NCBI GenBank assembly: GCA_046704255.1
Contig: JBJKSH010000164.1
Coordinates: forward strand, 1,465 to 65,464
DNA: 64,000 nucleotides
Direction of reading: 5' to 3'
Source of the DNA: Ignavibacteriaceae bacterium
GTDB taxonomy: Bacteria; Bacteroidota; Ignavibacteria; Ignavibacteriales; Ignavibacteriaceae
Below the pieces are notes generated by a model. It had not been told where the DNA came from, did no database searches, and saw only the letters and a list, made by a program, of their open reading frames with translations. The number at the start of each line of letters is the position of its first letter. Positions within the stretch are counted from its first letter, which is position 1. The translations under genes and the position numbers were made by a program. Of the stretch, positions 1 through 9,110 are shown piece by piece.

Positions 1-2
1 CT

Positions 3-1046
3 GCTTCAACATTAACTTCCAACAAGCTTACTTATTTTAAAAATGAGGGAAAAGCCATTGCCGTAGGCAATGTTAAAATTGTTGAATCGCAAGATATAAT
101 TCGTGCTGATAGTCTTATTCATTTTAGAGAATCCAGAATTACCTACGCTTTTAAAAATGTAATTATAAGCGATACTTCAAAAAGCTCTTTTATTTACGGC
201 GATCATTTGGAAGACTTCCCCGGGAAATATTATTCATACATCGACGAAAACCCGTTGTACATTCAAATAGATACATCATATACAAATAAGATAGATACAC
301 TTGCCGGGGGCAAAATAGATACCTTAACAATTGCAAAGCTAGATACTCTTTTTATCCGCTCTAAAAAAATGGAAGCTTACAGAGATACAATAAACATCTT
401 TAAAGCGGAAGATTCTGTTGAAATTGTCAGAGGTGAATTTGCTTCGAGAAATGATTTTACCGTATTTTACAGAAGCAGTGGAAAAATAGTAACTAATCAA
501 CTAAATAAAGAATCGGCGCAACCGATCATCTGGTATGAAAATTCGCAGTTAACCGGCGATTCGGTTGTTATTACTTTAAAGAAAAACAAAATTAAAGAAC
601 TCGAAGTTGATAATAATGCTTTTCTTCTTTCACAAAACGAAATGTATAAAAAACGATTCGACCAGCTTTCCGGCAGCAAGATAAAAATATTTTTTAACGA
701 CAACGGAATTTATGTAACCGAAGGTTACGGAGGTGTTCACAGTATTTATTATCTTTACGAAGAAAATTCACCGAACGGTTTGACAAAATCTTCTTCGGAA
801 TCAGCAAAAATATTATTTAAGAATAAAAAGGTAAGCACCGTAAAACTATACGGTACGCCTGTTAGCGAATATTACCCGGAAAGAAAAGTTAAGGGAGATG
901 AATTGGCTTTTACTTTACCGGGATATATTTTATATAAGAACCGACCGGATAAAGAAAAAATTATTTCCAACTATCCGGATAGAAAAAATATTTTTAAATT
1001 TTCTAAATTTAGTTCGAATAACTTAAAACTTATCGGCAACAAATAA
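3..1046 (+). CDS. OstA/LptA-like domain protein, 5' end cut by the window edge
   Basis: Frame 3 is open from nt 3 to the TAA at 1044-1046, so the TTG at 207 in the track is internal. It ends 9 nt before lptB, the conserved ostA/lptA-lptB arrangement. No catalytic motifs. Internal KIDTL-type triplet repeat (KIDTL, KIDTL, KLDTL). Confidence 0.5.
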   Translation, partial: ASTLTSNKLTYFKNEGKAIAVGNVKIVESQDIIRADSLIHFRESRITYAFKNVIISDTSKSSFIYGDHLEDFPGKYYSYIDENPLYIQIDTSYTNKIDTLAGGKIDTLTIAKLDTLFIRSKKMEAYRDTINIFKAEDSVEIVRGEFASRNDFTVFYRSSGKIVTNQLNKESAQPIIWYENSQLTGDSVVITLKKNKIKELEVDNNAFLLSQNEMYKKRFDQLSGSKIKIFFNDNGIYVTEGYGGVHSIYYLYEENSPNGLTKSSSESAKILFKNKKVSTVKLYGTPVSEYYPERKVKGDELAFTLPGYILYKNRPDKEKIISNYPDRKNIFKFSKFSSNNLKLIGNK

Positions 1047-1055
1047 TTTATTAGA

Positions 1056-1790
1056 ATGACAACAACTTTAAGAAGTGAAAATCTTGTAAAAATCTATAAG
1101 AAAAGGGTTGTAGTTAATCAGGCATCTATAAAAGTTTCCAGAGGAGAAATTGTTGGGCTGCTCGGACCCAACGGTGCCGGCAAAACTACAACATTTTACA
1201 TGATAGTCGGTATGATAAAACCTGAAAAAGGTAAAGTTTTTTTAGATGATACAGAAATTACACATGTTCCAATGTACAAAAGAGCAAGAATGGGAATAGG
1301 GTATCTGCCCCAGGAAGCTTCCGTATTTAGAAGATTATCCGTTGAGGATAATTTAATGGCAGTTCTTGAAATGACAAACCATGATGCAAAAGCTAGAAAG
1401 GAAAAATGCGAATCTCTTCTTGAAGATTTAGGTATTGCAAGTATAAAGAAAAGCAGGGGGTATCAATTAAGCGGCGGTGAAAGAAGACGAACTGAAATTG
1501 CACGCGCACTTGCAACAGATCCCGGCTTTATTCTGCTTGATGAACCGTTTGCAGGTGTTGACCCGATTGCGGTAGAGGATATTATGGATATTGTTGCCAA
1601 TCTTAAAAACCGGGGAATTGGAGTTTTAATTACGGATCATAATGTACATGAAACTTTAAGCATTGTTGATAACGCATATATCCTTATTAACGGTACTATA
1701 TTCAAGCAAGGCAAAGCAAAAGAACTTGCGGAAGATGCCGAAGTAAGAAAATTGTACCTCGGCGAAAAGTTTAAGCTTGACAGGTATTAA
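1056..1790 (+). CDS. lptB: LPS export ABC transporter ATP-binding protein LptB
   Basis: Walker A GPNGAGKTT, signature LSGGERRR, Walker B ILLDEPFAGVDP, H-loop ITDHNV. The ~240 aa size and C-terminal LYLGE tail are typical of LptB. It follows an OstA-like gene. Confidence 0.9.
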   Translation: MTTTLRSENLVKIYKKRVVVNQASIKVSRGEIVGLLGPNGAGKTTTFYMIVGMIKPEKGKVFLDDTEITHVPMYKRARMGIGYLPQEASVFRRLSVEDNLMAVLEMTNHDAKARKEKCESLLEDLGIASIKKSRGYQLSGGERRRTEIARALATDPGFILLDEPFAGVDPIAVEDIMDIVANLKNRGIGVLITDHNVHETLSIVDNAYILINGTIFKQGKAKELAEDAEVRKLYLGEKFKLDRY

Positions 1791-1816
1791 TACTTTAAGA
1801 TATAAATATCGGATAA

Positions 1817-2614
1817 ATGCCGTATAAAAATTTTAATATAAAAAATGAATCTAAAGAACTTGTAAGAATAATTAAACGCCTGGATAAACAGGTTGTTATC
1901 GTATTAATTTCCGTTGCTGTTCTTCAAACAATATCATTCTATTTTACATCAAGAATGTTTTTTAAACAAAACTTTTTTGATAATCTCAGTTCAAATCAAA
2001 ATGCACTTTTATCTGAATTCGCATACTGGTATATAGGTGATTTCTTTACTTTGTTTGTATTGCCGGTATTAATAATTAAATCTTTGTTAAAAGGAAAAAT
2101 AAGGGATTACGGAATTAAGCCCGGCGATTATAAAACGGGAATAAAACTGTCCCTACTATTTATTTTAATAATGATTCCGGTAATATGGTTTATTTCTGCA
2201 GAACCGGCATTCGGCGTAACTTATCCGCTGCTTATAACCGCAAGAGATTCATGGAAAATATTTTTTATATATGAAACCGGATTAGTTTTTTATCTATTCG
2301 CGTGGGAATTTATCTGGCGCGGGTTTATGCTTTTCGGTTTAAAAGAAAAATTCGGATATTATGCCGTTATCTTACAGATGATTCCGTTTTTAATTCTGCA
2401 TAACGGCAAACCGCCGGTAGAAACTTTCAGTGCCATAATCGGTGGGCTTGCTCTTGGAATTCTAGCTTATAGAACGGAATCAATTTACTATTGCGTTATT
2501 ACTCATGCAGGTATTATGTTTACAATAGATTTATTTACAACTCTTCGTTACCGTACGGGTGAATTCGGTACAGGCTTAAATTCTTTGGTACATGTTTTTA
2601 AATTTATAATCTGA
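1817..2614 (+). CDS. CPBP (CAAX/Abi) family intramembrane protease
   Basis: Polytopic membrane protein with WEFIWRGF (ExxxR motif), FLILH (FxxxH) and a late ITHAGIMF histidine motif. Confidence 0.7.
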   Translation: MPYKNFNIKNESKELVRIIKRLDKQVVIVLISVAVLQTISFYFTSRMFFKQNFFDNLSSNQNALLSEFAYWYIGDFFTLFVLPVLIIKSLLKGKIRDYGIKPGDYKTGIKLSLLFILIMIPVIWFISAEPAFGVTYPLLITARDSWKIFFIYETGLVFYLFAWEFIWRGFMLFGLKEKFGYYAVILQMIPFLILHNGKPPVETFSAIIGGLALGILAYRTESIYYCVITHAGIMFTIDLFTTLRYRTGEFGTGLNSLVHVFKFII

Positions 2615-2624
2615 GGTTTTAAAA

Positions 2625-3341
2625 ATGAGATTTTCGTTAAACATTGATCATATCGCAACAATAAGAAATGCAAGGGGTGAAGATCAGCCGGACCCCGTAA
2701 CTGCTGCATTACTTGCAGAACAGGCGGGTGTGGATGGAATTGTTTGTCATTTAAGGGAAGATAGAAGACATATCGGTGAAAGAGACGTAAGGCTTTTAAG
2801 AGAGCTTATAACAACAAAACTTGATCTTGAAATGGCTGCAACGGAGGAGATAATAAAAATTGCATGCGACGTAGGCCCCGAACTTGCTACAATTGTTCCT
2901 GAAAGACGGCAGGAACTTACTACCGAAAGCGGCATAAATGTAATCGATAATGTAACAAAATTAAAAGATGCTATTAAAGATTTACACAATTCTGAAATTT
3001 TAGTATCCCTTTTTATTGAGCCTAATATTGATCAGATTGATGCGGCGGCAGATATAAATTCGGATTTTATTGAAATTCATACGGGGCCGTTTGCTAATGC
3101 AATTACGGAGGAGGAACAATTTGATGAACTGGAAAAAATAAGAGCAGCGGTTAAGCATGCGAAAAAGCTGGGTATGGGTGTTAATGCCGGGCACGGTCTT
3201 GATTACCAGAACATTAAAATATTCAGGGAAGTTCCGGATATCGATGAAGTGAGTATCGGCCATTCGATTATTGCAAGAGCTGTATTTGTGGGTCTTAAGG
3301 AAGCAATACAGGAAATGATGAGACTGATAAATAATATATAA
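2625..3341 (+). CDS. pdxJ: Pyridoxine 5'-phosphate synthase
   Basis: N-terminus LNIDHIATIRNARG, HLREDRRHI, and a C-terminal NAGHGL...EVSIGHSIIA pattern, all characteristic of PdxJ. 238 aa. Confidence 0.9.
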   Translation: MRFSLNIDHIATIRNARGEDQPDPVTAALLAEQAGVDGIVCHLREDRRHIGERDVRLLRELITTKLDLEMAATEEIIKIACDVGPELATIVPERRQELTTESGINVIDNVTKLKDAIKDLHNSEILVSLFIEPNIDQIDAAADINSDFIEIHTGPFANAITEEEQFDELEKIRAAVKHAKKLGMGVNAGHGLDYQNIKIFREVPDIDEVSIGHSIIARAVFVGLKEAIQEMMRLINNI

Positions 3342-3397
3342 AAAAGGTACACATATAATTAGCTTTGATAGGTGATATAATTAAATCAAAAATTATT

Positions 3398-3438
3398 AAA
3401 AGGCGTACCTGTATTCAAAAAAGCTGAATCGCCTTTTT
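3398..3438 (+). terminator. Candidate intrinsic terminator after pdxJ
   Basis: AAAAGGCG (3398-3405) pairs with CGCCTTTT (3430-3437). An inner ATTCA/TGAAT stem sits inside, and the 3' arm runs into a T-tract. The loop and bulge are larger than ideal. Confidence 0.45.
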
Positions 3439-3765
3439 ACGGTTTAAAAATGAAGCAGCCCGGAAGAAAAGGATTTTATTTATTATATTATTTCGGTTAC
3501 CTGCCTTATTGTCCTTTGTCCCCTCATTCATTTGGGTTTCTTTATTCTTAGTATTTATTTTTCTTATTGCCATCAATATGCAGCTACGGGCTTAATATCT
3601 GCTAAAGGAATCACCGAAGTTAAAGAATCGGAAGACAGCGGGTTTGCAGATAATTTTTTAACCGGAACTTTTCTTTCGGCACTTTAGACAATTATTATTA
3701 CGACGATTATAAAAAATATAGGTTAAAGCTAATAACGGTTTTTATCATTTCCATAAACATTACTT

Positions 3766-4545
3766 ATGAACCTTAAACAAAAACTAGACTATCATTACAA
3801 GGCATTCGACAAGACAAAAATATCTCCGGATCCGCTTCAGTTTCTTCATCTCTTTAATGATGAAAAGGATATTGAAACAATCGGTTTTATTTCTTCGATA
3901 TTTGCATACGGGAATGTTAAGCAAATAATTAATACACTTGATAAAATTTTAGTAATCACAAATAATCACCCTTATGAATTTGTTATAAACTATAACAAAA
4001 GGAATTATTCAAATAGACTTAAAGATCTTAAACACAGGTTTTACACGGGGAAGGATATAGCAATTTTATTTTCCGCTCTGAATAAAGCTTATACCGAATA
4101 CGGGATGTTAAAATATCTTTTTTTATCATTTTATAATTCAAATGAAGAAAATTTAAAAAATCCCGTTACTTCGTTTTCAAATTATTTCTTGAAAACTGCG
4201 GACAAAATGGAAAATCAAAGGGTTACTTTAGGAATTAAATTCATGTTCCCGTTACCATATCTTGGCAGTGCATGCAAAAGGATGAATTTATTCTTACGCT
4301 GGATGATAAGAAAGGACGAACTTGATTTCGGCTTATGGAATGAAATTCCTCCGGACAAACTTATTATTCCGGTAGACACACATATAGCAAGAATCTCAAT
4401 AGAATTAGGCTTAACAAAGATGAAAAACGTAAGCTGGAAAATGGCTGAAGAAATAACTCAAAATTTAAAAAAGTATGACGCTAATGATCCTGTAAAATAT
4501 GATTTTGCTATTTGCCATATAGGCATGAGAAAACTAATCTTTTAA
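3766..4545 (+). CDS. DUF2400 / TIGR02757-family protein (HhH-GPD-like fold, function unknown)
   Basis: N-terminal SPDPLQFLH...FISSIFAYGNVKQI and C-terminal IPVDTHIARISIELGL (helix-hairpin-helix-like) match my recollection of this family. Recognised by eye only. Confidence 0.6.
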   Translation: MNLKQKLDYHYKAFDKTKISPDPLQFLHLFNDEKDIETIGFISSIFAYGNVKQIINTLDKILVITNNHPYEFVINYNKRNYSNRLKDLKHRFYTGKDIAILFSALNKAYTEYGMLKYLFLSFYNSNEENLKNPVTSFSNYFLKTADKMENQRVTLGIKFMFPLPYLGSACKRMNLFLRWMIRKDELDFGLWNEIPPDKLIIPVDTHIARISIELGLTKMKNVSWKMAEEITQNLKKYDANDPVKYDFAICHIGMRKLIF

Positions 4546-4699
4546 TATTTAGTTGCAATTATAGAGCAAATTATTTACCGGATTATAAGTAATCACATTA
4601 ATTTGGATTTTTTAATGCTAATTTATTCTCATATTAATTCGAAATTTTATAATTTGTACGTTAATAATTTCAATTCCATTAAGAAAAGGAAACACAATT

Positions 4700-6685
4700 A
4701 TGGCCGAATTAGCAACCAATTCCGTTGAAGTAAAAACTAAAATTTCGCACAATCCATTTATTCCGGCTTCAACGAGTTTGCCTGAAATAACCGTAAAAGC
4801 CTTTATACTGGGTGTTATACTTGCTGTTGTTCTTGCAGGTGCAAATGCTTATTTAGGACTTTTTGCGGGAATGACTGTTTCAGCGTCTATTCCTGCTGCA
4901 GTTATTTCGATGGGCGTTCTAAAAATTTTTAAGAACTCTAATATTCTTGAAAATAATATTGTTCAAACCTGTGCATCGGCAGGAGAGTCATTAGCCGCGG
5001 GAGTTATTTTTACACTGCCTGCTATGGTTATGCTGGGAGTTTGGGCGCACTTTAATTTTCTGGATACAATGTTAATTGCAGGTTTTGGAGGAATACTTGG
5101 AGTTCTGTTTACAGTACCTTTAAGGCGTGCTTTAATAGTAGAAGAACCTCTTCAGTTCCCGGAAGGCATGGCTTGTGCAGAAGTTTTGAAAACCGGAGAG
5201 AAAGGCGGAGAAGGTGTAAAGTATGTTGTATGGTCTGCATTATTTGCTGCAATTTTTAAATTCAGCCAAACTGGTTTAAGATTAATATCGGAAACAGCCG
5301 AAGGGGCACAATATTTATTCGGTAAAAAGGTTATTGCATATTTTGGCTCCAACCTTTCCCCTGCCCTAATTGGAGTTGGCTATATTGTAGGTTTGAATAT
5401 CGCCATACTTGTTTTTCTTGGAGGTGTTATAAACTGGCTGGTTGCAATTCCTATTTTGATGCTGATACACGGTAGTGCTCCTGCAGGTGTTAGTGCCACT
5501 GCCTATGCAAATCAGCTTTGGTCTGATCAAACACGTTACCTTGGTGTGGGGGCTATGGTTGTTGGCGGACTTTGGGCATTAGTAAGAATGAGGGGCAGTG
5601 TAATAACAGGTATTAAATCCGGACTTGCTGCTTATAAAGGTTTAAAACATGAAAGTTTAAATAATCGGCTTGAACATGATATGTCCATGCAATGGGTTCT
5701 GGTTATTATAATATTATCGATTATTCCTCTTTACTTTCTATATCATTTTCTGGTGGGCTCTTTTGGCATGAGTATTACTATGGCAATAATAATGGTAATT
5801 ACCGGATTTTTGTTTTCGGCCGTATCCGGTTATATGACCGGCCTTGTAGGTTCATCAAACAATCCGGTTTCGGGAGTAACAATTGCAACAATACTATTTG
5901 CATCTTTATTAATTTTATTCCTTTTCGGAAATACGCATTCGGCTTCCGCTGCTGCAGCAATAATGATTGGAGCTGTTGTTGCGTGTGCTGCCGCAATAGC
6001 CGGAGATAATCTTCATGATCTTAAAACCGGTTATATTGTAGGCGCAACACCGTGGAAGCAGCAGTTTATGCTTATAGTAGGAACAGTGGTTTCTGCAATA
6101 GTTATGGCGCCCGTTCTTAATTTACTTTTAGAAGCTTACGGGATAGGTCCTGTTTCGGCTGCGCATCCTCAATCTCTTACTGCCCCGCAGGCTACTCTTA
6201 TGGCGTCGGTTGCAAAAGGTGTTTTTCAAGGCGGGCTGCCTTGGACTATGGTTATAATCGGAATGGTTGTTGCAGTGGTTATTATTGCATTCGACGTCTG
6301 GCTGGAAAAAAGAGGTTCAAGTTTTAGAGCACCTATTTTAGCTGTTGCGGTAGGTATTTATCTTCCACTCGAATTAAGTGTTCCTATATTTTTAGGCGGA
6401 ATAATTTCAGCTTTAATAAAGAAGGCTTTGAAATCAAGGAAATTAGATAAGGATGCAGAGGAAACAAAAGAAATTGAACAACGAGGTATGTTAATTTCTT
6501 CCGGTTTAATTACCGGTGAAGCATTGGTTGGTATCTTGATGGCAATTCCGATTGTAATTTCCGGCAGGTCGGATGTAGTTGCATTTTTCGGCGTGCATGA
6601 TTATGTATGGCCCGGAATTATTATAATCTTAGCATTGATGTACGCAGTTTATAAATTCAGTATTCCTAAAAAAATTCTTAAATAG
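4700..6685 (+). CDS. OPT-family oligopeptide transporter
   Basis: 661 aa, about 16 predicted TM segments. The N-terminal block EITVKAFILGVILAVVLAGANAYLGLFAGMTVSASIPAAVISMGVL is typical of bacterial OPT transporters. AAGGAAA RBS upstream of the ATG. Confidence 0.8.
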   Translation: MAELATNSVEVKTKISHNPFIPASTSLPEITVKAFILGVILAVVLAGANAYLGLFAGMTVSASIPAAVISMGVLKIFKNSNILENNIVQTCASAGESLAAGVIFTLPAMVMLGVWAHFNFLDTMLIAGFGGILGVLFTVPLRRALIVEEPLQFPEGMACAEVLKTGEKGGEGVKYVVWSALFAAIFKFSQTGLRLISETAEGAQYLFGKKVIAYFGSNLSPALIGVGYIVGLNIAILVFLGGVINWLVAIPILMLIHGSAPAGVSATAYANQLWSDQTRYLGVGAMVVGGLWALVRMRGSVITGIKSGLAAYKGLKHESLNNRLEHDMSMQWVLVIIILSIIPLYFLYHFLVGSFGMSITMAIIMVITGFLFSAVSGYMTGLVGSSNNPVSGVTIATILFASLLILFLFGNTHSASAAAAIMIGAVVACAAAIAGDNLHDLKTGYIVGATPWKQQFMLIVGTVVSAIVMAPVLNLLLEAYGIGPVSAAHPQSLTAPQATLMASVAKGVFQGGLPWTMVIIGMVVAVVIIAFDVWLEKRGSSFRAPILAVAVGIYLPLELSVPIFLGGIISALIKKALKSRKLDKDAEETKEIEQRGMLISSGLITGEALVGILMAIPIVISGRSDVVAFFGVHDYVWPGIIIILALMYAVYKFSIPKKILK

Positions 6686-6695
6686 TTAAAATTAA

Positions 6696-6741
6696 TAGTG
6701 AATAGTTAATAAATGTACCTGGCATAATTAACTATTCACTA
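6696..6741. terminator. Perfect 15-bp inverted repeat between convergent OPT and nadE genes (candidate bidirectional terminator)
   Basis: TAGTGAATAGTTAAT (6696-6710) is the exact reverse complement of ATTAACTATTCACTA (6727-6741), with a 16-nt loop. The right arm overlaps the nadE stop codon. The stem is AT-rich and flanking T runs are short. Confidence 0.5.
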
Positions 6742-7724
6742 ATTTGTTCAGGATGTATTGAAGTAATATCAATAGGTTCTTTTCGCAAGTATTCCGTTGT
6801 ATTCTTTTTCCTTGTAATATCATTAATAACATTATCCACCTGCTGCTCGGAAAGATTTAATGCTTTGGCAATATCTGCAGCAGGTATATTATTTTCCCAG
6901 CCGAACCAAATTCTATCTAGAATATCAAACGAAAGTCTAAAGAAAAACTCTTCCTGTGTTTGTTCGGCACTATAGGTATCGGAAGTTGGTTTTCGTTTTC
7001 TAATTTCTTCGGGGATATCGAGGTAGTCTGCAAGTTGATATACCTGGGTTTTAAACAAATGGCTAATAGGCCTAATGTCCGAGCCGCTGTCCCCGAACTT
7101 TACAAAAAATCCCTGTTGGTGTTCATTTTTATTCGGCGTTCCTATTACCGCATAATTTCTTTGTTCGGCGTGATAGTAAAGCATACTCATTCTGCTTCTC
7201 TGCTTAAAATTTGAAGAGGCAACAATCTGCAAATATTCTTTGAGTGGAAGCCTGGCTTTCTTTACTTCACCGGAAGGAGAAATAATTTCAAGATAAAACA
7301 AATTAAGTTTGTCCTTCTCCAGAATATTTTGCGGAAGTACAATCTTCATTTTATAAGATGAATCATATTCAGGGAAAATATTTTTAACTGCTTCATCTCT
7401 TCTTTTGTAGCAGCCGAACCCTTCCAGAGCACCGGTTAAATTTTCAATAATTGATTTTACATTGTACTTGTTTAAAAGTTTGTTAACAAGAGGAATGTTA
7501 TCTTCACTGGATTCCTTTTCCGGCAGCATTACCGCAAGTACTTTATCACTGCCTATCGCCATAGTTGCTAATGCCAGGCAAACCGAGGAATCAACTCCCC
7601 CGCTTACACCTATCACTACTCCCCTTTTCTTTAATATATGAGACATTGCGTATCGAATATTTCCAACTATCTTTTCTACTTCCTCCTTAGGATTTATTAA
7701 AATTGAATCACTGGTGTATTGCAT
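6732..7724 (-). CDS. nadE: NAD+ synthetase (PP-loop ATP pyrophosphatase)
   Basis: PP-loop GVSGGVDSSV. GFFVKFGDSGSDIRPISHLFKTQVYQLADYLDIPEEIRKRKPTSD aligns with the NadE GFFTKYGDGG.D..P...L.K.Q...L...L..P.....K.PTADL block. Confidence 0.8.
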   Translation of the reverse strand: MQYTSDSILINPKEEVEKIVGNIRYAMSHILKKRGVVIGVSGGVDSSVCLALATMAIGSDKVLAVMLPEKESSEDNIPLVNKLLNKYNVKSIIENLTGALEGFGCYKRRDEAVKNIFPEYDSSYKMKIVLPQNILEKDKLNLFYLEIISPSGEVKKARLPLKEYLQIVASSNFKQRSRMSMLYYHAEQRNYAVIGTPNKNEHQQGFFVKFGDSGSDIRPISHLFKTQVYQLADYLDIPEEIRKRKPTSDTYSAEQTQEEFFFRLSFDILDRIWFGWENNIPAADIAKALNLSEQQVDNVINDITRKKNTTEYLRKEPIDITSIHPEQISE

Positions 7725-7775
7725 AATTAATTATCCTTACCTTTTTAGTAGTTAAAGTTCAGAAACCTATGGAAC

Positions 7776-7863
7776 GCGGACAACACGGATGGCACGGTAC
7801 TACCACGGATATTTAAATTATTAAAATAAAGTCCGTGAGAATCTGTGTCGTCGTGTTCTCCGC
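7776..7863 (-). other. GC-rich nested hairpin element in the aminotransferase-nadE spacer
   Basis: GCGGACAACACG (7776-7787) pairs with CGTGTTCTCCGC (7852-7863), 11 of 12 positions. Inner stem CACGGA (7804-7809) / TCCGTG (7832-7837). Three direct CACGG words lie at 7783-7808. No U-tract follows on either strand. Confidence 0.4.
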
Positions 7864-7889
7864 ATAATATTGCCTGCATCATATTATTT

Positions 7890-9110
7890 TTATATAAACT
7901 CTTCCATTACGAAATTAAAAGTATCAATCACTTTTTTTATTTGCACATCAGAAATAACAAGCGGCGGCTCAACCATAACAACAAACGGATTGCCGAAGGA
8001 TTGATAAACCAGAACTTTATTATCAATCATTTTTCTAACGATGGATGCGGCAACTTTTTTGTCTTCTACCTTTAATCCATATAACATACCGATTCCGCTG
8101 ACGGAACTAATTATTTTCGAATATTTGCCCGCGAGGTTTTTCAGTCCCGAATATAATAATTTCGATTTTACTTCAACCGAAATTAAAATTTTACTTTCTT
8201 TAATAAATTTTATCGATTCAATTGCGGCACAGCAGGCAAGCGCATTGCCTCCGTAACTGGATGCCGTCATCGGAAAGCTCATTCCGAATCTCTGCCATAA
8301 ATTTTTTCTTGCCAGTACGGCACCAATAGGAATTAATCCGGCTCCCAGTGATTTGCCTATTACCAAAATATCCGGTTCGACTTCAAAATACTCCGAAGCA
8401 AACATAAAACCGGTTTTTCCAATACCGGTAATTACTTCATCAAAAACTAAAATGATATTTCTCTTATTACATAAATCTCTAACACTTTTTAGATATTCTT
8501 TCGAAGGAATCTTTACGCCGGCATCATGTTGAATAGGTTCGATTAAAACAGCGGCTGTGTTTTCATCAATACTTTTTTCTAGCGATTCAAAATTTCCGAA
8601 AGGAACTTGCTCGAGGGCAGGCAGAAGCGGCTTAAAGCTATTCTTAAATACCGGAACTCCTGATGCGGATAAAGCACCAAGCGTATGGCCATGGAAAGAA
8701 TGTTCCATAGTAATAATTTTCTTTTGCCCCTTATAAAGCCTAACCAGCTTTATTGCAGTTTCAATTGCTTCTGAGCCGCTGTTAAGCAGATAGGAACATT
8801 CAAGGCTGCCGGGAGAAATTTCTTTTAATAATTCAGCAAGCTCTATTTGAATCTTATTTATAAACGGTCGTGTATTAACATCATTTTTTTTTAACTGCTC
8901 AATTAATGCATTTACAACCTGTTGATTATTATACCCTATATTTCCTATCCCATAACCGGATGTGCAATCTATAAACTCATTTCCTTCAGAGTCGGTAATA
9001 ACTGCGCCTTCCGCTTTTGCACCGGTGTTGAAAATTCCTATCTGTTTTAAATGATTAACATACCTGGGATTTATCAGTTCCCCGTAGCTGTCATAAATAT
9101 TATTTTCCAT
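7890..9110 (-). CDS. Class-III (acetylornithine/GABA-type) PLP-dependent aminotransferase
   Basis: NSGSEAIETAIKL, FDEVITGIGKTG and GKSLGAG (PLP lysine) motifs. The ATG at 9110 overlaps the upstream TGA as TGATG. The track's TTG at 9113 is one codon longer. Confidence 0.85.
   Translation of the reverse strand: MENNIYDSYGELINPRYVNHLKQIGIFNTGAKAEGAVITDSEGNEFIDCTSGYGIGNIGYNNQQVVNALIEQLKKNDVNTRPFINKIQIELAELLKEISPGSLECSYLLNSGSEAIETAIKLVRLYKGQKKIITMEHSFHGHTLGALSASGVPVFKNSFKPLLPALEQVPFGNFESLEKSIDENTAAVLIEPIQHDAGVKIPSKEYLKSVRDLCNKRNIILVFDEVITGIGKTGFMFASEYFEVEPDILVIGKSLGAGLIPIGAVLARKNLWQRFGMSFPMTASSYGGNALACCAAIESIKFIKESKILISVEVKSKLLYSGLKNLAGKYSKIISSVSGIGMLYGLKVEDKKVAASIVRKMIDNKVLVYQSFGNPFVVMVEPPLVISDVQIKKVIDTFNFVMEEFI

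Noticed and set aside
280-345. Three ~24-nt imperfect tandem repeats (aagatagatacactt, aaaatagataccttaac, aagctagatactctt)
   Set aside because: They lie in frame inside the OstA-like ORF and encode a KIDTL-type peptide repeat (KIDTL, KIDTL, KLDTL). This is a protein-level repeat, not a CRISPR or regulatory array.
3450-3551. 33-codon plus-strand ORF (MKQPGRKGFYLLYYFGYLPYCPLSPHSFGFLYS) and a ~52-codon minus-strand ORF in the pdxJ-DUF2400 spacer
   Set aside because: Neither has a convincing RBS. Both are low-complexity and too short to support without conservation or ribosome-profiling data.
5692-6009. Other antisense or alternative-frame ORFs of 60-116 aa. Examples are 5692-6009, 12635-12961, 16417-16740, 39864-40193, 46059-46346, 47521-47841, 57329-57676 and 61650-62000.
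   Set aside because: Each is nested inside a longer ORF that has clear family motifs. Their sequences are low-complexity (Cys/Arg/Asn/Ile-rich) with no motifs. They are treated as shadow ORFs.
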